A stretch of DNA of 24,000 bases from Lysobacter sp. BL-A-41-H3. GTDB taxonomy: Bacteria > Pseudomonadota > Gammaproteobacteria > Xanthomonadales > Xanthomonadaceae. The position numbers and the translations under genes were made by a program. The notes beneath the pieces are model-generated. The model did not search any database. It saw nothing but the letters and a program-made list of their open reading frames with translations, and was not told the origin of the DNA. The stretch spans positions 324,641 through 348,640 of the forward strand of contig CP192602.1 of NCBI GenBank assembly GCA_050632415.1, given 5' to 3'. Numbering within the stretch: position 1 is the first letter of the stretch; each line of letters starts with the position of its first letter. Below are positions 17,357 to 24,000 of the stretch, in pieces.

Positions 17357-17432
17357 TGGTGGAGCCAGCCGGGATCGAACCGGCGACCTCCTGCATGCCA
17401 TGCAGGCGCTCTCCCAGCTGAGCTATGGCCCC
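17357..17432 (-). tRNA. tRNA-Ala (anticodon GGC), copy 1
   Basis: The reverse complement is GGGGCCATAGCTCAGCTGGGAGAGCGCCTGCATGGCATGCAGGAGGTCGCCGGTTCGATCCCGGCTGGCTCCACCA. The G3:U70 alanine identity pair is present, the anticodon loop is ATGGCAT and CCA is encoded. Confidence 0.95.
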
Positions 17433-17447
17433 ACATTTGGGACGCGC

Positions 17448-17476
17448 ATCTTAATCAGATGTCCCTGATCCCGCAA
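17448..17476 (-). promoter_or_regulatory. Sigma70-type promoter for tRNA unit 1
   Basis: The minus strand reads TTGCGG (complement of 17471-17476), a 17-nt spacer, then TAAGAT (complement of 17448-17453). The -10 hexamer ends about 15 nt upstream of the tRNA-Ala 5' end. Confidence 0.5.
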
Positions 17477-17561
17477 GCGTTTGCGATGAAAATGTCATGC
17501 GATCGGTGCAGTGTCGGCAACGTCGGGAAAACCTGCCCGCAAATTCACGGCAACGGAAACG

Positions 17562-17587
17562 ACGAAGCCCGCTTTCGCGGGCTTCGT
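17562..17587 (-). terminator. Hairpin after tRNA unit 2 (identical copy of 17177-17202)
   Basis: This is the same perfect 11-bp stem, ACGAAGCCCGC-TTTC-GCGGGCTTCGT, offset by exactly 385 bp. Confidence 0.5.
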
Positions 17588-17598
17588 GTTTGAAGAAG

Positions 17599-17674
17599 TG
17601 GCGTCCCCACGGGGATTCGAACCCCGGTCGCTACCGTGAAAGGGTAATGTCCTAGGCCTCTAGACGATGGGGAC
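17599..17674 (-). tRNA. tRNA-Glu (anticodon UUC), copy 2
   Basis: The sequence is identical to copy 1, offset by 385 bp. Confidence 0.95.
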
Positions 17675-17741
17675 GCTGATGACGCTCTCGTGTGCGATCG
17701 GTCTTTCGACCAGGCCTGAACCGCACGCGATTGGTGAAACT

Positions 17742-17817
17742 TGGTGGAGCCAGCCGGGATCGAACCGGCGACCTCCTGCATGCCATGCAGGCGCTCTCCC
17801 AGCTGAGCTATGGCCCC
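17742..17817 (-). tRNA. tRNA-Ala (anticodon GGC), copy 2
   Basis: The sequence is identical to copy 1, offset by 385 bp. Confidence 0.95.
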
Positions 17818-17835
17818 ACGGGCTGGAAGCTCGAT

Positions 17836-17863
17836 ATCTTAACAGGGCTGGCGAATGCGTCAA
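17836..17863 (-). promoter_or_regulatory. Sigma70-type promoter for tRNA unit 2
   Basis: The minus strand reads TTGACG (complement of 17858-17863), a 16-nt spacer, then TAAGAT (complement of 17836-17841). The -10 hexamer ends about 18 nt upstream of the tRNA-Ala 5' end. Confidence 0.55.
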
Positions 17864-17893
17864 GCATGGTCGGCAGACTTTTTGCGTCGATCC

Positions 17894-19183
17894 TCACCAG
17901 AGCGCATCGCGCAGCTTGTACCAGGCCATCGCCGCGACCAGCAGCGGGGTGCGGAAGGTCCGGCCGCCGGGGAAGTCGCGGTGACGGATGCGTTCGAACA
18001 CGTCGAGCCGCTCCGACTGGCCGCGCACGGCCTCGGCGATCAGCGTGCCGGCCAGGCCGCTGACGTTGACACCGTGCCCGGAGAAACCCTGCGCGAAATA
18101 GACGTTGCGCTGGCCGATCCGGCCCCAGTGCGGCGCGCGGTTGAGGCTGATGTCGATGGTGCCGCCCCAGAGGTATTCGAAGCCGACCTCGGCCAATTGC
18201 GGGAACACCCGGTGCATGCGCCGCGCCATCACCCAGCGCAGGTTCGGCGGTTCGAGGTTCGAGTAGCTGGCGCGGCCGCCGAACAGCAGGCGGCCGTCGC
18301 GGGACAGCCGGAAATAGTCCAGCGCCCAGTTGATGTCGGCCACGGCCATGTCGGTCGGGAGCAGGCGGTGCGCGAGATCGCCCAGTGGCGGGGTGGCGCC
18401 GATGTAGGTGCCGACGGGCATGATCCTGCGATCGAGTTCGGGCGCGACGCCCTTCACCAGTGCGTTGCCGGCGAGTACGGCGATGTCGCAGCGGACGTTG
18501 CCGCGTGCGGTCTTCAGCACGGGGCGCGGGCCGTGTTCGATGGCGGTCACGCGCGTGCCTTCGCAGATGCGCACGCCGCGTTCGAGCGCGGCGCGTGCGA
18601 GGCCGAGCGCGTACTTGAGCGGGTGCAGGTGGCCGGAACGGCCGTCGTAGAGGCCGCCGAGGTAGCGCGGCGAATCGACCCGTTCCCGCAGCGCATCGCG
18701 ATCCAGCCAGGCCAGAGGATAGTCGTAGTGCGTCTGCAGTTCGTCTCGCCAGTCGTGCAGGGCGCGGACCTGGCGCGGCTTGATCGCGACATGGCAGTGC
18801 CCGTCGCGCCAGTCGCAGTCGATGCCGTGGCGCTCGCGGCGCTCATGGATCAGGCGGATGCTTTCCAGCGACCAGTCGAACATCCGTCGCGCATCCTCGC
18901 GGCCGAGCTGCGCTTCGAGCGTGGCTTCGCTGCAGCCCCAGCCGAAGATGACCTGGCCGCCGTTGCGGCCCGACGCGCCCCAGCCGATGCGCTCGGCCTC
19001 CAGGACCACGACGCGGTAACCGGCCTCGGCCAGTGTCAGCGCGGCGGAGAGGCCGACGTAACCAGCGCCAAGGATGCAGACATCGGCATCCAGGTCGCCA
19101 TCGAGCGGCGGTTGCGGCGGCAGCGGCGTGGTGCTCGCGGCGTACCAGCTGGGCGGGTAGGAGGAGGGCATGGCAGGCGTCAT
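17894..19183 (-). CDS. FAD-dependent oxidoreductase, gamma-glutamylputrescine oxidase-like (PuuB/PauB/OrdL family)
   Basis: 429 aa. The N-terminus ([10 protein letters not shown] ... [46 protein letters not shown]) parallels E. coli PuuB (SSYYAAS ... [45 protein letters not shown]). The DAO-family C-terminus contains [10 protein letters not shown]. Confidence 0.85.
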   Translation of the reverse strand: [429 protein letters not shown]

Positions 19184-19206
19184 TGCTGCGGGAAGACCTT
19201 GGCTTT

Positions 19207-19300
19207 GTAGGAGGGCCTTCAGGCCCGAGTTCTTGCCTTGAGAAGCCCAAAAGCTCGGGCCTGGTTTTCAACAGCCGAATGGCTGGTCAGGCCCTCCTAC
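19207..19300. repeat. Pair of inverted GTAG-type REP-like elements enclosing two internal hairpins (94-nt composite structure)
   Basis: The outer arms are GTAGGAGGGCCT (19207-19218) and AGGCCCTCCTAC (19289-19300), perfect 12-nt complements. The inner 10-bp stem pairs CAGGCCCGAG (19220-19229) with CTCGGGCCTG (19254-19263) and is followed by GTTTTC on the plus strand. A second small hairpin is CAGCC-GAAT-GGCTG (19272-19285). The element fills the 123-bp gap between two co-oriented minus-strand genes. Confidence 0.6.
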
Positions 19301-19306
19301 GAAAAA

Positions 19307-20686
19307 CTAGACCGATCGCAGGTACCAGTCGTATTCGAGTGTGCTGACTTCGCGGTAGAAGCTGTGCAGTTCCTTCAGCTTCTGCTGGCCGTAGATGTGC
19401 CGGAACTTCTCGCCGAACTGCGTGGCGATGAAGTCGCTGGCCATGAAGTCGCCGATCGCGTCGCGCCAGTACGGCGTGCGGATCTCGGTCTGCTCGTAGG
19501 CGTTTCCGACGATCGGCGCGCCGGGGTCGTAGCCGTGTTCGATCCCGTCGAGCATGCCGGCCAGCACGGCGGCGGCTGCGAGATAGACGTTGGCGTCGGC
19601 GCCGGCGATGCGGTGCTCGATGCGCGTGTTCTTCTGGTCGCTGTGCGGGATGCGCATCGCGACGGTGCGGTTGTTGAAGCCCCAGACCGCGTTCAGCGGC
19701 ACGAAGGCGTTCAGCACGAAGCGGCGGTAGCTGTTGGCGTTCGGCGCGAACAGCAGCAGGCAGTCCTGTGCGCTGCGCTGCAGGCCGCCGATGGCGTGCT
19801 TCAGCGCGTCGGCGGGCTGGTCGGGCGTGCAGGCGAAGATGTTGTTGCCATCGTTGTCGAGCACGCTGACGTGGATATGCAGGCCGCTGCCCGCCTGTTC
19901 GGCGAGCGGCTTGGCCATGAAGCTGGCCTGCAGGCCCTGCTGCTGGGCCACGGCCTTGATCGCGCGCTTGAGGTAGATGGCGTCGTCGCAGGCGAGCAGG
20001 GCGTCGTCGCGGTGCTTGAGGTTGATCTCGAACTGGCCCGGCGCGTACTCGGCGACGGCGGTGTCGGCCGGGATGCCCTGGGCCTTGCAGGCACTGGACA
20101 CGGCGTCGATGAACGGGCCGAAGTCGTTCAGGTCCTCGATGTAGTAGACCTGCGTGCTGGTGTTGCGCGCGCCGTTGTGCGGGTTGATCGGCGGCTGCGG
20201 GCGGCCGTTGGCGTCGGGCAGGCGGTCGAACAGGTAGAACTCCAGTTCGATCGCGACCACCGGCTTGAGGCCGCGCGCGGCGTAGCGGGCGAGGACGCGT
20301 TTGAGCACTTCGCGGGGATTGGCCTCGAAGGCGCTGCCGTGGGTGTCCTCCATCGACAGCAGCAGCTGCGCCATCGGCTTGTTCGACCACGGCACCGGGC
20401 GCAACGTGCCGGGGACGGGGCGACAGATCCGGTCCTCGTCGCCGATGTCGTAGCCCAGGCCGGTCTCTTCGACAGTGTTGCCGGTGATGTCGGTGGCGAT
20501 CAGGGACATCGGCAGACAGACGCCGGATTCGTAGACCTTCTCCAGCGCGTCGCGGGTGATCCGCTTGCCGCGGAGCAGCCCGTTCATGTCGGGCAGGATG
20601 AGATCCACCAGTTCGCAGTCGCGAATCTGTTCCATGGCGAGGCGGTCTTCGTGGCTGAGGCTTGCGGACATGGGCGGGTGGGTCAT
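19307..20686 (-). CDS. Glutamine synthetase-family gamma-glutamylpolyamine ligase (PuuA/SpuI/PauA-like), 459 aa
   Basis: The GS beta-grasp and catalytic domains are present: VDLILPDMNGLLRGKRI, VVAIELEFYLF, SGLHIHVSVLD, NSYRRF, NRTVAMRIP, RIEHRIAGADANVYL. The start was moved from TTG 20740 to the ATG at 20684-20686, which has GGAG 7 nt upstream. Confidence 0.85.
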   Translation of the reverse strand: MTHPPMSASLSHEDRLAMEQIRDCELVDLILPDMNGLLRGKRITRDALEKVYESGVCLPMSLIATDITGNTVEETGLGYDIGDEDRICRPVPGTLRPVPWSNKPMAQLLLSMEDTHGSAFEANPREVLKRVLARYAARGLKPVVAIELEFYLFDRLPDANGRPQPPINPHNGARNTSTQVYYIEDLNDFGPFIDAVSSACKAQGIPADTAVAEYAPGQFEINLKHRDDALLACDDAIYLKRAIKAVAQQQGLQASFMAKPLAEQAGSGLHIHVSVLDNDGNNIFACTPDQPADALKHAIGGLQRSAQDCLLLFAPNANSYRRFVLNAFVPLNAVWGFNNRTVAMRIPHSDQKNTRIEHRIAGADANVYLAAAAVLAGMLDGIEHGYDPGAPIVGNAYEQTEIRTPYWRDAIGDFMASDFIATQFGEKFRHIYGQQKLKELHSFYREVSTLEYDWYLRSV

Positions 20687-20792
20687 CGAGGGCTCCGCAA
20701 CAGTGTGACAGTTGGCGACGCAGGACGGAAACGGCGTCAAGAATAATTAACAGGCTTTCCGGATTAATTCCAGAAAAATCAGAGACGACAAC

Positions 20793-20807
20793 TGCTGCGC
20801 CGCAGCA
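20793..20807. promoter_or_regulatory. Perfect 15-bp palindrome in the divergent polyamine-cluster control region (candidate operator)
   Basis: TGCTGCG-C-CGCAGCA has 7-bp arms separated by 1 nt, a geometry that suits a dimeric DNA-binding protein rather than an RNA hairpin. It lies 93 nt upstream of the amidohydrolase ATG, next to the only AT-rich stretch of the region (20740-20790, containing AATTAA and TTAATT). Confidence 0.3.
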
Positions 20808-20899
20808 TTTTCGCAACGCCGGGGATCGCAGGACGCGAAGTGTTGCAGAAATCGAACATCGCGGTTAACGTTCGGACGAGGTCTCGTCGAGCGTTCCGC

Positions 20900-21676
20900 A
20901 TGACTCCACCCCCGGCTTCACTCCCGCCAGGCGCACCACGGGTCGGCCTGCCGGCCGACCGCAAGCTCATCGGGCCGCACCCCTTCCACGCGGTCGGCGA
21001 GAAGTACATCCGCGCGGTGGTCGAGGGCGCCGAATGCCTGCCGGTCCTGCTGCCTGCGCTGCAGCCCGCGCTGCCCGCCGACGCCCTGCTGGCCGGGCTG
21101 GACGGCCTGCTGCTCACCGGCTCGGTCAGCAACATCGAGCCGCATCACTATTCCGACGAATCCAGCTGGGACGGCAACCCGCACGACCCGGCCCGCGACG
21201 AGACCAATTTCGCCCTCATTCCCCGCGCCATCGCGCTGGGCCTGCCGATCCTGGCGATCTGCCGGGGGTTCCAGGAAATCAACGTCGTCTTCGGCGGCAG
21301 CCTGCATCAGAAGGTCCACAAGGTGCCCGGCCTGATGGATCACCGCGAGAACCCGGAGGATCCGCTGGACCTGCAGTACGCGCCACGACACGAGATTTCG
21401 CTCACGCCAGACGGCCTGCTCGCCGGCATCGCCGGCGCCGATCGGGCCATGGTCAATTCCGTGCACGGCCAGGGCGTGTCCCGGCTCGGCGAGGGCCTGG
21501 TCGCGGAAGCGACCGCGCCCGACGGGTTGATCGAGGCGTATCGTCGGGATGGCGGCGCCTTCCTGCTCGCGGTGCAGTGGCACCCGGAGTGGAAGGTACG
21601 CGAAACCCCTTTCTATCACGGCATTTTCCGTGCGTTCGGCGACGCCTGTCGCCAGCGTGCGCAGCAACGGATGTGA
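20900..21676 (+). CDS. Gamma-glutamyl-gamma-aminobutyrate hydrolase-like class-I glutamine amidotransferase (PuuD/SpuA family, peptidase C26), 258 aa
   Basis: The catalytic Cys motif is LPILAICRGFQEINVVFGG and the His motif is LAVQWHPEW. I prefer the ATG at 20900 over the track's GTG at 20840, despite an AGGA before the GTG. The 20 intervening codens are rich in A/T-ending rare codons (TTG, AAA, GTT, AGG, TCT, CGT, CGA), unlike the rest of the gene. Confidence 0.85.
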   Translation: MTPPPASLPPGAPRVGLPADRKLIGPHPFHAVGEKYIRAVVEGAECLPVLLPALQPALPADALLAGLDGLLLTGSVSNIEPHHYSDESSWDGNPHDPARDETNFALIPRAIALGLPILAICRGFQEINVVFGGSLHQKVHKVPGLMDHRENPEDPLDLQYAPRHEISLTPDGLLAGIAGADRAMVNSVHGQGVSRLGEGLVAEATAPDGLIEAYRRDGGAFLLAVQWHPEWKVRETPFYHGIFRAFGDACRQRAQQRM

Positions 21677-21682
21677 ATTCCC

Positions 21683-23134
21683 ATGAGCCCGCCGACACCG
21701 CCCAGAAAGAAGAATGGCAAGACCGATTCCCGAAAACGCAGCGCGGCCGCGACCAAGGCGGCCGCCAAACGCGCTGCGCGCGATGGCGCGAGCGAGCCGA
21801 AGCTGCTGCGCTGGCTGAAGCAGCGCCACATCACCGAAGTCGAATGCCTGGTGCCGGACATCACCGGCAATGCGCGCGGCAAGATCATCCCGGCGAGCAA
21901 GTTCTCGCACGACTACGGCACGCGCCTGCCCGAGGGCATCTTCGCGACCACGGTCACCGGCGAGTATCCCGATGACTATTACGACCTGACCACGCCGTCC
22001 GACGCGGACATGCTGCTGCGCCCCGATCCCGATACCGTGCGCCTGGTGCCCTGGGCCACCGATCCGACCGCGCAGATCATTCACGACTGCTACACCAAGT
22101 CCGGCGAGCTGCACGACCTCGCGCCGCGCAACGTGCTCAAGCGCGTGCTCGCCGAATATGAGGCCGAGGGCCTGCGCCCGGTGGTCGCGCCGGAGGTGGA
22201 GTTCTTCCTCGTGCAGAAGAACACCGACCCGGATTTCCCGCTGCAGCCGCCGGCCGGGCGTTCCGGTCGGCCGGAAACCGCGCGCCAGTCGTATTCGATC
22301 GACGCGGTCAACGAGTTCGACCCGATCCTCGACCTCATGTACGACTACTGCGACGCGATGGAGCTGGATGTCGACACCCTCATCCACGAGTCCGGCGCAG
22401 CGCAGCTGGAGGTGAATTTCCTGCATTCGGACGCGATGTCGCGCGCCGACCAGGTGTTCCTGTTCAAGCGCACCATGCGCGAGGCCGCGCTGCGCCATGG
22501 CGTCTACGCGACCTTCCTCGCCAAGCCGATGGAGAACGAGCCGGGCAGCGCGATGCACATCCACCAGAGCCTGGTGGACGCGAAGACCGGCAAGAACGTC
22601 TTCGCCGGGCGCAAACAGGACGAGCACAGCCGCCTGTTCACGCACTATCTCGGTGGCCTGCAGGCCTTCGTGCCTGCAGCGATGGCCTTCTTCGGGCCGA
22701 ACGTGAATTCCTACCGGCGCCTCGCGTTCGGTGAGGTGTCGCCGAAGAACGTGCAGTGGGGCTACGACAACCGCACCTGCGGCCTGCGCGTGCCGCTGGA
22801 CACGCTGGAGAACACCCGCGTGGAAAGCCGTTTCGCCGGCTCCGACGCCAATCCCTACCTGGCGATGGCCGCGACCCTGGCCTGCGGCCTGCTGGGCATC
22901 CGCGGCAAGCTCGACGCCACCCAGCCGCTCTCGACCAGTGCCCACGAGGCCGGCTACGTGCTGCCGCGCTCGCTGGGCGAGGCGCTCGACCGCCTGGAAG
23001 CCTGCACCGAACTGCAGGAGATGCTGGGGCCGCGCTTCGTGCGCGCCTATATCTCGGTCAAGCGCAAGGAATACGAGACCTTCTTCCGCGTCATCAGCTC
23101 CTGGGAACGCGAGTTCCTGCTGCTGAACGTCTGA
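21683..23134 (+). CDS. Second glutamine synthetase-family gamma-glutamylpolyamine ligase (SpuB/PauA-like) with a basic N-terminal extension, 483 aa
   Basis: GS-family blocks are present: ITEVECLVPDITGNARGKIIP, VVAPEVEFFLV, SAMHIHQSLVD, NSYRRL, NRTCGLRVP, RVESRFAGSDANPYL. The ATG lies 6 nt after the preceding stop. No alternative ATG, GTG or TTG exists before the conserved core, so the ~40-aa Lys/Arg/Ala-rich leader is probably translated. Confidence 0.85.
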   Translation: MSPPTPPRKKNGKTDSRKRSAAATKAAAKRAARDGASEPKLLRWLKQRHITEVECLVPDITGNARGKIIPASKFSHDYGTRLPEGIFATTVTGEYPDDYYDLTTPSDADMLLRPDPDTVRLVPWATDPTAQIIHDCYTKSGELHDLAPRNVLKRVLAEYEAEGLRPVVAPEVEFFLVQKNTDPDFPLQPPAGRSGRPETARQSYSIDAVNEFDPILDLMYDYCDAMELDVDTLIHESGAAQLEVNFLHSDAMSRADQVFLFKRTMREAALRHGVYATFLAKPMENEPGSAMHIHQSLVDAKTGKNVFAGRKQDEHSRLFTHYLGGLQAFVPAAMAFFGPNVNSYRRLAFGEVSPKNVQWGYDNRTCGLRVPLDTLENTRVESRFAGSDANPYLAMAATLACGLLGIRGKLDATQPLSTSAHEAGYVLPRSLGEALDRLEACTELQEMLGPRFVRAYISVKRKEYETFFRVISSWEREFLLLNV

Positions 23135-23158
23135 TCCGCCTTCTCATCCGGAACCGCC

Positions 23159-24000
23159 ATGGAACACATCGACATCTCCCGCCTGCAGCATCTCGACGCC
23201 GAACACCATCTGCATCCGTTCAACGACAACGCCGCGCTGGCGAAGAAAGGCACGCGGATCCTGGTGAAGGGCGAGGGCGCCTACGTCTGGGACGCGGAAG
23301 GTCACAAGCTGCTCGACGCCTTCGCCGGGCTGTGGTGCGTGAACCTCGGCTACGGCCGCAGGGAGCTGGGCGAGGCGGCCTCGCGGCAGATGACCCAGCT
23401 GGCCTACTACAACAGCTTCTTCCAGTGCACGGTCGAGCCGACGATCCAGCTCGCCGCCAAGCTCGCAGAGCTGACGCCGGCCGACCTCAACCACGCCTTC
23501 TTCACCAACTCCGGCTCGGAGGCGAACGACACCATCCTGCGCCTGGTCCGCCACTTCTGGGCGGTGCAGGACAAGCCGGAGAAGAACATATTCATCGGCC
23601 GCCGCAACGGCTATCACGGCACCACCATGGCCGGCGCCAGCCTCGGCGGCATGGCCGGCATGCACAAGCAGGGCGGACTGCCGATCCCGGACATCCACCA
23701 CATCGAGCCGCCGTTCTGGTTCGCCGATGGCGGCGACCTGTCGCCCGACGAGTACGGCATCGTCGCCGCGCGCCGCCTGGAGCAGAAGATCCTCGAACTC
23801 GGGCCGGACCGGGTCGCTGCCTTCATCGGCGAGCCGATCATGGGCGCGATCGGCGTGTACATCCCGCCGATGACCTACTGGAAGGAGATCGAGCGCATCT
23901 GCCGCCAGTACGACGTGCTGCTGGTCGCCGACGAGGTGATCTGCGGCTTCGGTCGCACCGGCGAGTGGTTCGGTTCGCAGTACTTCGGCATCACCCCCGA
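23159..24000 (+). CDS. Class-III PLP aminotransferase (SpuC/omega-amino acid:pyruvate type), 3' end outside the window
   Basis: This gene is absent from the ORF track because no stop falls within the window. My translation from the ATG at 23159 gives MEHIDISRLQHLDAEHHLHPFND..GTRILVKGEGAYVWDAEGHKLLDAFAGLWCVNLGYGR...FFTNSGSEANDT...GYHGTT...LLVADEVICGFGRTGEWFG. The frame is uninterrupted to base 24000. Confidence 0.85.
   Translation, partial: MEHIDISRLQHLDAEHHLHPFNDNAALAKKGTRILVKGEGAYVWDAEGHKLLDAFAGLWCVNLGYGRRELGEAASRQMTQLAYYNSFFQCTVEPTIQLAAKLAELTPADLNHAFFTNSGSEANDTILRLVRHFWAVQDKPEKNIFIGRRNGYHGTTMAGASLGGMAGMHKQGGLPIPDIHHIEPPFWFADGGDLSPDEYGIVAARRLEQKILELGPDRVAAFIGEPIMGAIGVYIPPMTYWKEIERICRQYDVLLVADEVICGFGRTGEWFGSQYFGITP

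Larger units (their letters stand above)
17170..17819. repeat. Tandem duplication (385-bp period) of a terminator / tRNA-Glu / spacer / tRNA-Ala module
   Basis: 17170-17434 and 17555-17819 are near-identical over about 265 bp. Differences occur only just outside the terminator stem and in the first ~15 nt of the 67-nt Ala-Glu spacer. The ~120-bp promoter-proximal segments that separate the copies are unrelated in sequence. Confidence 0.9.

Noticed and set aside
16683-17781. Minus-strand ORFs 16683-17396 (237 aa) and 17545-17781 (78 aa), both beginning MQEVAGSIPAGST, plus plus-strand ORFs 17282-17593 and 17667-17984.
   Set aside because: They read straight through the tRNA-Ala and tRNA-Glu genes. 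The shared peptide is just tRNA-Ala translated, so these are not protein-coding.
17140-17900. The tRNA cluster as an integration hotspot (genomic island, integrase or att repeats).
   Set aside because: The flanking genes are ordinary metabolic genes. No integrase, phage or transposase ORF is present. The only repeat is the internal tandem duplication of the tRNA unit itself.
20687-20830. Sigma-54 (-24/-12) promoters in the divergent polyamine control region (GTCACACTGTTGCGG on the minus strand, CGCAGCATTTTCGCA on the plus strand).
   Set aside because: Both lack the GG dinucleotide at -24, and the first has the wrong spacing by 1 nt. The match is not better than chance.
20840-20899. The GTG at 20840, preceded by AGGA, as the start of the PuuD-like gene.
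   Set aside because: The 20 extra codons are enriched in A/T-ending rare codons, unlike the gene body, and homologs start about 10-15 residues before the conserved core. The ATG at 20900 is preferred, although the SD argument favours the GTG, so some doubt remains.
17855-23701. Long antisense ORFs over the polyamine cluster: 17855-19210 plus strand (451 aa), 19238-20746 plus strand (502 aa), 19287-20816 minus strand (509 aa), 20918-22945 minus strand (675 aa) and 23144-23701 minus strand.
   Set aside because: Each mirrors a gene with strong family motifs on the other strand or in another frame. Their translations are low-complexity, Arg/Ala/Gly/Val-rich shadow sequence.

Overview
Very GC-rich sequence with a strong GC3 codon bias, so nearly every real gene has a long spurious antisense ORF in the track. 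The gene content and protein sequences look like a Xanthomonadales/Lysobacterales-type gammaproteobacterial chromosome; that taxon call is inference only. I support 19 CDS and 4 tRNA genes. Left to right: a 5'-truncated AraC regulator; a minus-strand group made of a LodA-like quinoprotein oxidase, a LodB-like flavoprotein and a secreted SOUL-family protein; tadA; a TonB-dependent receptor; a DUF2721 membrane protein divergent from orn plus a secreted YciI-like protein; an Lrp/AsnC regulator followed by a 1024-aa three-domain fusion (APH-type kinase, degenerate M23 domain, AGXT2L-type class-III aminotransferase/phospho-lyase); divergent ppsA/ppsR; a DUF1249 (YqiB-like) gene; a tandemly duplicated tRNA-Ala(GGC)/tRNA-Glu(UUC) transcription unit; and a spu/puu-like gamma-glutamyl polyamine catabolic cluster (oxidase, GS-like ligase, then divergently amidohydrolase, second GS-like ligase and a 3'-truncated aminotransferase). 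I saw no CRISPR array, integrase, transposase or obvious defence island. Most of the window is ordinary core genome. The two loci that most deserve a second look are the LodA/LodB-like pair, whose substrate cannot be predicted, and the kinase-M23-aminotransferase fusion with its Lrp regulator, whose substrate and middle-domain role are unknown. Several start codons in the ORF track were revised using RBS position, codon usage and homolog N-termini. All similarity statements rest on my recognition of motifs. No database search was run.
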